A stretch of 61,472 nt of DNA, counting the filler, from Jimgerdemannia flammicorona (lineage: Eukaryota), in assembly GCA_003990765.1 (NCBI GenBank). It is 3 parts of 3 records of this genome, joined end to end, with 100 filler letters (N's around TTAATTAATTAA, not from the genome) between each part and the next. Parts side by side here need not be neighbours in the genome. Positions count along the whole stretch, not along the records: positions 41,054 to 61,472 come from RBNJ01001689.1; 2 more parts are not named here. One strand, given 5' to 3'. Position numbers and translations under genes: made by a program. Of this stretch, positions 50,410-61,472 are shown piece after piece (positions within the stretch are counted from its first letter, which is position 1; each line of letters begins with the position of its first letter). The notes below the pieces were generated by a model, which saw nothing but the letters and a program-made list of their open reading frames with translations, made no database searches and was not told the DNA's origin.

Positions 50410-51850
50410 TCTGATCTTACTATTTATTCTAATATTATACTTTACTATATTTTTTAATATACCTATTACTCATTTTATTACCCTATAGAACTTTTTTGCT
50501 GATATTTAAAGAGTGGCTCTACTAGTATTAGTACTTTTATCCAGCTTTTAGAGCAGGAATGAGAAGCTCATTCCAATGCTTTGTCTTATCTCTTATTTTA
50601 ATACTTTAATCTTATTACTTATTCTAATACTATACTTTATCATACTTTTCTTACTACTTATTTCAAAGCCTTATCTTAATATCTCATTTCATCTTACTAT
50701 ACTGCTCATTTCACTATACTTTCTAATACTGCCTCATTATGCTTTCTAATATACTCTATATTTTATTCTAATACAATAGTTCTCTTGCTCTAATATTCTA
50801 GATTTGAAATTTTAAGGAGAGTCTTATTGCTTATCTAAAGCTCTTTTCTAATACCTCATCTTGTTACTTATTTTAATATCTCATCTTACTACTTATTTCA
50901 ATATCTCATCTTGTTACTCATTCTAATACTCTCTATAGTACTCATTCTAATACTATTTTGCTACTTATTTCAATACTATCTCACTATTCATTTCAATATT
51001 ATCTTACTATACTTTTCAATATATCTTATCTCTTCTAATAAAACAGTTCTCTTACTCTGATATTTCAGGTTAAAATTTCTTTTTTTAGAGAGTAGAAGAG
51101 AGAGAGAAGTCTTATTGCTTATTTGATACTCTTTTTCAATATCTTATCTTATTACTTATTTCAATATCTCATCTTATATATAACTTATTTTAATATCTCT
51201 TCTTATCTTATTATACTACTTATTTCAATACTGTCTTACTGCTCATTTTAATATTACCTTATTATATTTTCTAATATACTCATTTTTTTTAATATAACAG
51301 CTCTCTTGCTCTAATATTCTAAGTTTAAAATTTCTTTTTTTAGAGAGTAAAAGAGAGAGAGGAGTCTCATTACTCATCTAATACTCTTTTCTAATATCTT
51401 ATCTTACTACTGATTTTAATATCTAGTCTTGTTACTTAATTCAATATCCCATCTTACTACTCAATCTAATATCTTCTCTCATCTTACTATACTACTCATT
51501 CCAATACTATCTTATTTCAATGTTGTCTTATTATACTTTTCAATATACTCTACCTTTTATTCCAATATAGTAGTTCTTTTGCTCTGATATTTCAGATTTG
51601 AAATTTCTTCTTTTTTAGAGAGAGAAGAGAAAGAGAAAGAGAGAGAGAAGTAAGGGAAGAGACTCATTATTTATCTGATGCTTTTTTCCAATACCTTGTC
51701 TTGCTACTTATTTCAATACTTTATCTTGCTACTTATTTTAATATTCTATCTTACTGCTTATTCCAATACTTCATCTTGTGATATATTCTAATATCTTATT
51801 TTATCATACTTTTCAAAATACTCTATTACTTATTTTATTATCCTATAGAG
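50410..51850. repeat. Degenerate AT-rich satellite (TCTTACTACTYATTTCAATA-like units with larger periodicity)
   Basis: Recurrent ~23-25-bp unit and a repeated larger block ending in GAGAG tracts. Confidence 0.65.
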
Positions 51851-52935
51851 TTTTTTACAAGTATTTAAAGAGTGGCTCTATAGATTTAGCATTCTATATC
51901 AACTATGAGGATCAGTTGGGAAATAGCTCTATCTCTCAATTTATATTATTATATATTTATTCTCTATAGAGATAGACCTCTCATAGCTGATCTCTGATAT
52001 ATAATATATAAGTACTAAGATCTTTATCTATAAAGAGTATCTATTATATTCATACTTACTATATTTATATCTACTATATTCTATATACTCTGATCAAAGA
52101 GATATATAAACTATATGAGTATATAGTTATTAGTAATTTATATATTTTTTTCTTATTCTTCTTCTGTTTATTTTTAATAGTAAGAATAAGTATACAATCT
52201 GACCAAATCATTAATAGAGAATAAGTATATATTTTAAATATTTAAACTATAGTTATATTTTATATTTATTAATAAGATTTATAAAGAATATATTTTAGAC
52301 TAATATTATAACTCTTTTTATATTTTTGAATATTATTTTCTTCTTATAAGTTATAATTGTAACCTTATCTTCAATAATAGTATTTAGAGTAATAGAAATA
52401 TTAATATTATTTGATAAATAAAATTATATTAACAATTTCTAGTATTATTAAGCTACTAGTATTATTAAGCTACTAGTACTAAGTTACAACTTATCTTTTT
52501 GGGAACTAAATCTCTACTTCAAATAACTTAGATATTTTGTCAATAATAAGTTTTTCTGCAACTAAGAGATATATAAATATTCTTTTAGTAAAGAGCAAAT
52601 GCTCATTATTAATATTAAAAAAAAACTTTCAATTTGAATACTTAAAGTATATAAACTGTTATATATATTACTTTTATAATAAATAAATAAATAAAAAAAA
52701 ACATTAAATATAATATTTAAAAATAATATAATATTTATACTAAATTAAAATATAAATATAAACTCATTATCATATATATATATATCTTATATTTAACTAC
52801 TATTTTGATTTAATTACTATCATTTTAATTACTATTATTTTAGTTATTATTATTTTGGTCACTATTAATTTCATCATATTTTCTCTTTTTAAAAATATTA
52901 AAAATATTTATAAAGAGAAATACTAATATAGATAT

Positions 52936-53402
52936 TGTGATGGTATAGCCAGATTCGGAAGAAGGAAATAGGAAACAGACACTTGATCACACCCAGTCCC
53001 AAAGTAGTATAGCCACATAGTTAGCAGTCCCCGATTTCGCCATTTGCTAAATATTTCGCAAAGTGCAAGATCAAGCTTCTCAATATAGTATAGCATTTTG
53101 CAACTGGTGAAATATTTTACAAAGTATTAAATGACTCATAACTTAGCCATATAACCCAGTAACCATCTCATAGCTAGCAAACTTGTATAAATAACCCAGT
53201 ATCTTCGAGTGAATAAACCTCAGATCGAAATAGTTCAAAGTAAAGAAATAGCAAAGGAACTAGTAAGCCTGTAGGCAGATATACTTTGAACTCACCCACC
53301 CTCCCCTGTAACTTCAAGAGATTCTGTGAGAGTTAGAACAGTTAAGTTTTCAAGATATAGAAATCCAATATACTTTCAAGAGTAAGTGTCTACTATGTTA
53401 CA
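52936..53402 (+). mobile_element. Family B solo LTR
   Basis: 467 bp, TG...CA. TSD ATAT at 52932-52935 and 53403-53406. ATGACTCAT at 53131-53139; TATAAATA at 53186-53193. Confidence 0.95.
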
Positions 53403-54580
53403 ATATATAATAATTATAAAAAAAAAAAAAAAAACAATTATCTTATATATAATACTTATAGCTTTATAAAACTTAACTATTCTGTTATTACATATGATCA
53501 GAATATTTCTTATCTTTTATCTGAAAAAAAGAATATACTCACTATATCTTTAGTTATAAAATAAATATAATCTCATCTGAAATTATTAAATATAAAGTTA
53601 GAGATATATAGATTTTATTTATTACTCTCTCTTCTACTTTTGAACTTTAGTATAAAAGATTTACTTACTCATTAATAGTTCTCTTAACTGTATGATAAAA
53701 TTTAATATTGAAGGGGTTTATATATATATATAAGTCAACTCTTTATCTCAATATAGCTGATATCTTTAACTTTTCTAAATATAATAGATTAGTAAGAATT
53801 TCCATAATATAGAAACTTATAAACTGTATTATCATTAGTACTCTCAAATAAATTGAATCAATTTAAATTAAATTAAATTAAATTTGAATTAAATTGAATT
53901 TAAATAAAATTGAGATCTGATTTGATTTAATTTAAATAGAATTAAGATCTGATATAATTTGATTCAAATTAAATTGAGAGTCTAATTTAAATTAGTTAAA
54001 TTGAATTAAATATCAATTCAAGATTCTCAGTAGCTTACTATATCATAAAGTAATTAGTTCTTTATTTGAAAGATATATTACTTGAAATTTACATATAAAT
54101 ATATAATTAAAATTTATATATAATCAAATTTTACATCTAATCAAAATTTATATATAACTAATATATATTTTTAAAATTCTTATACATCTATAACTCTAGT
54201 CTTAATTCTGATCTCAGCTATATCTGACTATAGCAATAGCTATTTAGTAAGTATTATTATATGATCTCTTTTTTAGTAGAAGATTAGATATTAATAAATT
54301 GAGTTATTGATAGATTTTGAGAAGAGTATGATATAGTTTTCTATATCTTTTATAATTTTTACAGTTTATATAAGATCAACCTTTAGTTTTTAGAGATAGT
54401 AGTAGCTTGGACTTGGACAGCAACTTGGACTTAGGCAGCAGCTTAGGTAGTAGCTTAGACAGCAGCAATAGCTTAGATAGTAATAGTAGCTTAAGCTTAG
54501 AGAGTAACTTAAACTTAGATAGTGGCTTAGGCTTAGATAGTAGCTTAGACTTAGGTGATAACTTAGACTAGAGTAGTAGC

Positions 54581-55004
54581 TAGTGCTTCTAACAAATTGA
54601 ATTGAATTGAATTTGGTTCAAACTTGATTCGATTTGATCGAATCAAGAGTCCAATTCGATTCGATTCAAATCGAATCAAAGGTCCAATTCGATTTAAAGT
54701 TTGATTTGAACCTTAATTTTTAAAATGTAATAACTCAACGAAAACTCATTCAAATTTAACATATTTTAGCTTGTTAGATTCACTGTATTAATATGATTCT
54801 AACAAGCTAAAGTACATTAGATTTGGATGAGTTTACGCTGAGTTATTGCATTTTGAAAATTAGGGTTTGAATCAGACCTTCAATTCGATTTGACTTTTGA
54901 TTCAATTCGAATTGATTCAAATCGAAAAATCCCCAATTCGATTCGACTCATTTAACCCTCAATTTGATTCAATTTGAATTGATTCAACTTGTTTGGGAGC
55001 ACTA
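54581..55004. mobile_element. hAT-type MITE (424 bp) with TTCGA arrays and a central hairpin
   Basis: TIRs TAGTGCTTCTAACAA / TTGTTTGGGAGCACTA; perfect 8-bp TSD GTAGTAGC. Confidence 0.9.
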
Positions 55005-55332
55005 GTAGTAGCTTAGGCTTGAGTGGTGGCTTGGACTTAAGTAATAACTTAAGCAATAATAGCTTCAGAGAGCTCAGAAGTAGAGTCAGGAATAGCCTAA
55101 GAGATGGCTTCAGAGATAGTTCTTGAATAAATTACTTGATTACTTCTTTAATCTTCTTTTTTTTCTTCTTATATTTATTATCAATTTTAGGTTCTTTATT
55201 ATCTAACTAGATAACAATCTTATTGATAGTATTGTTCATATTCTCAAAGATTCTAAAAAGATAATCAATATTGAATTAAAGTTTTTTATTATTATTATTA
55301 AAGCTAGCTTATATATTTATATATATTTTATC

Positions 55333-56929
55333 TATTATAATGATGACCCCAGAATGATGATATTAGTACAGAAGACAGCCTTTCCTTGCAAGCCACCAGA
55401 TTGGAGTACAAGAAGATCATATGGCATATAAGATGAGCAATGATGACCAACTGTGAGTCATTGTGATCACAGTATAGGTATCTTGAGGAATATAAAAGAA
55501 GGATCAAAAAACTACAGTAGTAGTAACTAATAAGACCCATTAATCCCAAAATAGCTCAAAGACTTAACATAAATGAAATGCCTACTGCTTGCCAAACCTA
55601 AAGGTTAAGGAATCACCAAGGCATCTCAGTTGAAGAAAGAATGTTCCAAGATATCAGAAGAGCCATGAGAATCCACTCAAGAAGGACTCCTAGTATCAAT
55701 CTGGGTACTGGTAACCCTTATCATTATATTCTCTACTACTATAAAATAGAAACAAGGATCACTATTGCTACTGAATATCTCCAAATATAGCAGGAGTATG
55801 AAATAGGAAACCTCCTCTGCTGGGAGTTTCTACAAGCCAGTACTCAAGAGCTATAAGATGCTATTTCCATAGATATATATAAAACAAGGATAGCTAAGAA
55901 GATATATCAGATCTTCAGGTATGTATCATGGTTGATCCCCAACTTGGAGTATGTTAGAGTCTCAGATTTCAGAGATCTGTCAGCCCACTATATCAATACA
56001 CTAGAAGTCAGAGTAGCTACAGAAGCCCAGTCCACTATTACCCTCAACAGTGATAAAGTAGAAGACTTCTGGTATCTCATCCTCCAGGACAACCCAGACC
56101 AATTCCTGTAAGGATTGATCTCAGTATTCCAAGGCCTAAGCATCCAGGTTAGACCTCCCCAAGACTTTATATTTGTCCCCTATTTTGTAGAAGAGAACCT
56201 CATAGACTGGAGAGTCCCAGACCTCCTTACTCCTACTGCCATCAAATGTGATGACATCATTACTAATGATGTCATCCCATGCAATATATATGAGATATGC
56301 AATATATACAAAACACATGATCTATGTGATAATGACAAATTCACAGACCTCATCTCCTTCAAAGATATCCTGACCTCTGATGAGGATGAAGCCCCTATAG
56401 TCTTGAACATTCTGCTCTAAAGTTCTTTAGTGATACTGAATTATGCTAGCACTAGCATTCTGATGTGACACTGAATTATGCCAGTACTGGTATTCTGATG
56501 TGATACTGAATTATTCCAGTACCATTTTCCTATACTACCAAAATTACATATACCAGTATTCTGAATCTGTACAACCATCAGTGCTGACCCTGGAACTTAG
56601 TAGTTTTTTCTGTCCTGGCATTTTATTTTAGTTATTGGAATTTATATTTAGCTTATATCTTAGCAACCATTGAATTATATTTTGTATAAATACCTCTCTT
56701 ATTTCCTCTGAAATAAAGTCAGTTCCTCTTAGTACAATATACATAATTTCTTACAAGCAATCTAAGAGATAACAAGATAGTTTAAAGATAAGAAGTTTGA
56801 GGACTATAAGATCTTGAGAAGGTACTCCAATAAGAACTTGCTTATAACAAACTTGAGTTAGTCTAAGAGATATACCTTGAAGAGAATCTGGCATATTTGA
56901 AAGACTCAGTGACTACTATATACATAACA
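55333..56929 (+). mobile_element. Family C solo LTR (~1.6 kb)
   Basis: Homolog of 1462-3118. TATAAATACC at ~56686 lies downstream of the internal ORF, the same layout as LTR A. Confidence 0.7.
55578..56420 (+). pseudogene. LTR-encoded accessory ORF of family C (~280 aa)
   Basis: Single frame MPTACQ...QEYEIGNLL...IAKKIYQIFRYVSWLIPNLEYVRVSDFRDL...SDEDEAPIVLNILL* with a few stops. Confidence 0.75.
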
Positions 56930-59480
56930 CTATACTTATTATAATATTTGAAGCTCTTGGCTTATACTTATTACTTATAGACTTATACTTATAGCTCATA
57001 AAATTGTAAGCTTATAGGTTTATGCTTATTACAATATTCAAAGCTCTCAGCTTATACTTATTATAATATTTAAAGCTCTCAGCTTATGTTTATTACTTAA
57101 GAGATTGTGGGCTTATAGGCTTATACTTATGTATTATAATATTTGAAGCTCTTGACTTATACTTGTTGCTCACAGAATTGTGGACTTGTATTTATTATAA
57201 TATTTGAAGCTCTTGGCTTATAATTGTTACTCATAAGATTGCAGACTTATAAGCTTGTTGTAAGTGCACAATCTCCAAGCCACTGAAATTACACATCACC
57301 CTCTAAACAAGCCACTGAAATCACATACAACCTCTGAACAAATCTGGAAATCACCTGCTTGATCATGAAGCTGAGTCAAACTGAAGTCACAGTGCACAAA
57401 GCTGAGTCAATACAAAGTCACAGAATACAAGATTTATACAAATAGAATCTTACCAATTAGGATCAAATACATATATACCAAGCACCAAGACATGTCAAAT
57501 CAAAGAATCAAAACAAATAACAACTACAACTTCCAAACACACAAACATGACCACCGAGATCTATACATATATCCATGCTAACATTTGGAATACCATTGTC
57601 AACCGAGCCACACCCCCTCTGCCCCTTATGAATATCCATAGCCTAGCACCCCTCTACTTCATGGAAGCCTGATGGAATGCTCTGAACATACTTAGCGAGG
57701 CCCACCAAATTGGACAAATCTCAAGCTACTACCAGATCAGCTGCCTCCTGGAAGACATGATCGAACACCACCACAATACAGATATCACCCAGATGTCTCA
57801 ACATCAGAAGCTTATCACCCACAAATATCGAGAACTCTTCTATGAGTATAGCACCATTATTCCCCACCTCCGAGTTACCACAGCCAAAATAGTTACTACC
57901 CTGTCCTATGGCCAAATCAATGACATGATACAAGAACTCAACCACAAGTATCTCGAGTACGTCGAAACCACAGACAGAACCTTCCCACATCCTAATGATC
58001 ATATCCTGCAAATGCCCCAAGTTGGATATGCTATGAAGGACATCTATGATATAATCCACTTCGATGAAGACGAAGCAGAAGACAATGATTCCTCTGATAC
58101 CAACATGACCTTTAGCCAAGGATCTCTGCTAACCCTGATCACACCACCAACCTTGCTGATGAACTTACAATAATTCATAACAGCATATGTGACTTATTGG
58201 GATAATGACCACTGGTATGAATACCAATCTGTGTTTACCCCCAATTATTTCAACTATAATAAAGAAACCAGAGAATATGACCTGTACCTCCAGACAACCC
58301 TCGAGATTGAACCAACCACTCCACCACTCAAGTATGAGTAACATGAACCATAGCCACCAGCTTACTACAATTCCATGACTCATAGTGCTGTAACTTACAG
58401 AAGGTATGTATACAGTAAATCTGATGAAAGTGAAGATGATGCATCCCTCCTTCGCCCACCAACACCTTATCCAGCATACATATGAGACAGATGATGCTAT
58501 TCTGTAGGATAATGATGAAGGTCTAATGTATTATTATCTCAGTGAACAAGGAGAAGTAATCTGTGAACCACTCTTCCTAGATGACTACTTCATCAGAGAT
58601 GATGCAATCGATGGTGATGTCATCAAGGACTACCCAGACAGTGCCTAAATTATAAATAGCCTAAGCAGTCATAGTATAGTTAGATTAGCCTTATATGATG
58701 TGACTGTGAACTGACTCAGTAGTCAGACGATCTCTTAACATATCAGATCACACTTGTATTACATGACTGCATTCTGACTCAGCAAAGCACTTAGTGCTAT
58801 ATCCATATTCAGCATAGTCCAGATAGCCCCTCACTAATATAAATACCCCCTCCCCCAGACCTCAGAATCTCAGACTCGAACATAAGAACATTTCTGAATA
58901 CTTCCCTACAATATTTCTTCACATAACTACTCCTAGTATAGCAATATCATGAATAGCAAATAAATCTATTCAATAACCCACAAACCACTCTTAAGTAAAT
59001 CTGCTCCCCATTAGGTCCCACTCCTAACCCCATCACATAATTTCCTAATTGGATATTGTCTGCAGCAATATGCTGATTCAACTAAGCTGGTCTTAGTTTC
59101 TTAAACTTCCTGAAATACAGAAAATCCTGAACATCCAGAACTAGTCCAGAAAAGGACTTTGGTTGAGATATCAACCTGATCTTGAAATCAATAAGCATAG
59201 AGGACGTACTCCATACAAAATTGATCTTGACCATAAGAAAACGGTCTTCCAGAATATCCAGAATATCCAGAGTATCTTTCCAGAACTATGTAATAGTTAC
59301 TCTAAAAAGCAACTCTCTTACACTTGTACTTGTTACAATATTTGAAGTTCTCAGCTTACACTTATTACTTATAAGATTGTAAAACTTACAGACTTATACT
59401 TATTACAATATTTGAAGTTCTTAGCTTATATTTATTACTTGTAGACTTACAGACTTGTGAGCTTATAAGCATAAGTATTT
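56930..59480. repeat. AT-rich satellite (TTATTATAATATTTGAAGCTCTYRGCTTATAC-like) split by the solo LTR A
   Basis: The same unit occurs at 56930-57258 and 59323-59480. Confidence 0.7.
57259..59322 (+). mobile_element. Family A solo LTR (accessory ORF remnant at 57547-58648)
   Basis: Homologous to 8052-10124. 5-bp TSD CTTGT at 57254-57258 and 59323-59327. Confidence 0.96.
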
Positions 59481-60304
59481 CAGATATAGCAGCTAAGTAT
59501 ATATAATATATTCTTAAGCTTTGAATATATTTTGAAATTCTATATATTATACTATTTATACCACTTATTATATATCTATCTCTAGTACTTCTGAGCAGAT
59601 ATAATGATATCTCACTTATCTTGTTGAGGCTAGAAATGATAGAAATCATATTTGAATATAATAATTAAATATATATTTAGAAATTATATTTGAATATAGT
59701 GTATCTATAAGTTCTGGATCATACTTATACATAATATGATATCTAAGTACTATATTTATTTAGTATTTCAAAATTAACTATATTTTGAGATTTAAAATTA
59801 GCTATTATTATTGAAATACTAGACTGATTATTATACTTTAAATACATATATTCACAAATTGTTTCAGGATCTAAAGTATCTTTTTTAGCTATTATAAGAT
59901 CTTTACTACTTGAAAAAACTCTCTCAATTAGAGAACTTATTACTGAGATAGCTAAGTAGTTATATATTATTTTTATTAAGTTTGGGAAATTTCTACTATG
60001 GTCCTAATATTCCCAATTAATTAAATCAATTAGAGAAACTCAAATAATATTTTGAATTGATCTAATTCAAATATAAATTTTCAACTCACTTACTACTAAG
60101 ATAATATATCAACTTTTACTTAAGATTAAACAGTTTTACTTTTTAAATAAGTATCTATCTCCTGCTCAGAATTTATTATCAGTTTTTGTCTTTTGTTAAA
60201 TTTATATTTATATAGTATAGTATTAATATTATCTTCTACATACTTCTTTATAATCTTTAGGACTTATTTGATTAATTAATTCAGATAGAGAAGTATAGTT
60301 TTTA

Positions 60305-61472
60305 CCCCTTTCTCTACTATCTTATTGGTCACAAAGTTTGGTAGGTGACCTTCCGAGTCCTCTTTCCTCTATTATTACCCCCTCTACCTTGGGTTGGTTT
60401 GCTGTGCCTGCAGGAGCATAGTGGGAGGAGGGCAATGGTAATGAGTTGCCCCTTTATCGGTATCAGATCAGTACTTCCTCTACTTTTTCACGGATTCTGG
60501 TGCCTTCGGCTATGTCTGGGGTGTACTCATTTTGGTATAGCACCTTCTTCCTTTTGCCATTGCCAACAAGGTGGTGTCTCAGTGTGTCTCAGGCTATGTA
60601 GGGAGTTGGCTGACCTTGGGCATCAAGTGCTCAGTATAGGTTACCTGCAGGTCCTCGGTACCTGTGGTTGGGCCCTCTAGCTTTGGCAAGCTTCCTGGTG
60701 AGTATGGTTCTGGTGTAGGTGACTGTTTTTCAGGTGTTGTCAGATGGGAGGGGAGATGGCCATCATAGATAGGAGGAAGGGTGATAATGGTGAACCAGTA
60801 GGGTGCCAGGCTGGGGGCAGTCATCGGGGCTGGGGCAGGTGCTGCTTTGGTGAGGCCTTTTGATTAGTACAGCACAGTTAGGTGGTAGGTGTCACTATCG
60901 GCTTCTTTTGGCAGTCAGCAGGGTTGGGCCCCAGTCATCAGGGGTCAGGAGGCCCAAGGCTACCTATTTCAGATGTCTTGGCTACACTCAACTGGAATCG
61001 AGAGCTGACATGGCAATGTGATCGAGGCCTGTAGGCTTGAGTAGTGGGGTATTGGGGGTTTCCTCCCATCTCATGTGTAAGTCCTTTACTCACCTTGACT
61101 GGGAGAACCAGGCCCTATCTACTGTGTTGTGCTTTGATGAGGGTTTTTTCTTTATCTGTCATTCTCTTTGGGGTAGTAGGGGCTATTCTATTCAGCTCGG
61201 GCATGGCCTTGTACATACATTGGGTTCTCAGGCATGCACTTTTGGTCATTGGTATATAGTTGGGTTTCTCCTGATAGTAGGGAGAGCATGGTGTGCAGAA
61301 TGAGGTATAGGTCTTATTAGTCCTGCTGTGCCTAGCATGGTCAAGCTGCTAGACAATAGCTAGCCTAGGTTAATAGGGGGGCAGTGCTTGGTGGGTGGTG
61401 GGGGAGGGTTTTGGCCTATATAGTCTAGGTTCTCTTCCAATAAAAATCTGCGGGACATGAGTCTGTTAAAAA
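60305..61472 (+). mobile_element. Family S retroposon copy 2
   Basis: Reverse complement of 1-1177. AATAAA at 61439-61444, then the A-tail at the contig end. Confidence 0.7.

Noticed and set aside
53836..54040. Third hAT MITE
   Set aside because: A left TIR-like end and TTGAA arrays are present, but the right TIR and TSD are too degraded to support a call.
1..61472. Giant element or linear replicon bounded by ~1.17-kb terminal inverted repeats
   Set aside because: The two ends lie on different contigs, joined artificially in descending size order. Both simply break at the A-tail of a dispersed repeat, and a third copy is internal.

Overview
Eukaryotic, transposon-saturated DNA. It is probably from a repeat-rich early-diverging fungus; this is an inference from spliceosomal introns, the element repertoire and strong CpG decay. 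The window is three unlinked contigs (1-20432, 20533-40953, 41054-61472; 20,432, 20,421 and 20,419 bp) joined by artificial N44-TTAATTAATTAA-N44 spacers. It holds two dUTPase-carrying Ty3/Gypsy families. Family A is a chromodomain element with 2.07-kb LTRs and a 5-bp TSD; family B has 467-bp LTRs and a 4-bp ATAT TSD. A third LTR family (C) occurs only as solo LTRs. Also present are a Copia remnant, L1/Tx1-type LINEs, a 1.17-kb non-coding polyA retroposon, a hAT element with MITEs, PIF/Harbinger and Tc1-like remnants, and one CpG-rich P-loop NTPase pseudogene. No intact host gene, rRNA, tRNA or CRISPR was seen. Main finding: LTR families A, B and C all carry a homologous accessory protein (Y/F-x-[LI]-G-x-x-L ... 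IA[KR][KR]xxx[LI]F-x9-L). It sits at the env position in B and inside the U3 of the LTR in A and C, preceded by its own TGAGTCA plus TATA-like motifs. A and B also share a CPHG..CxxC mini-domain between dUTPase and protease, although their domain order is opposite.
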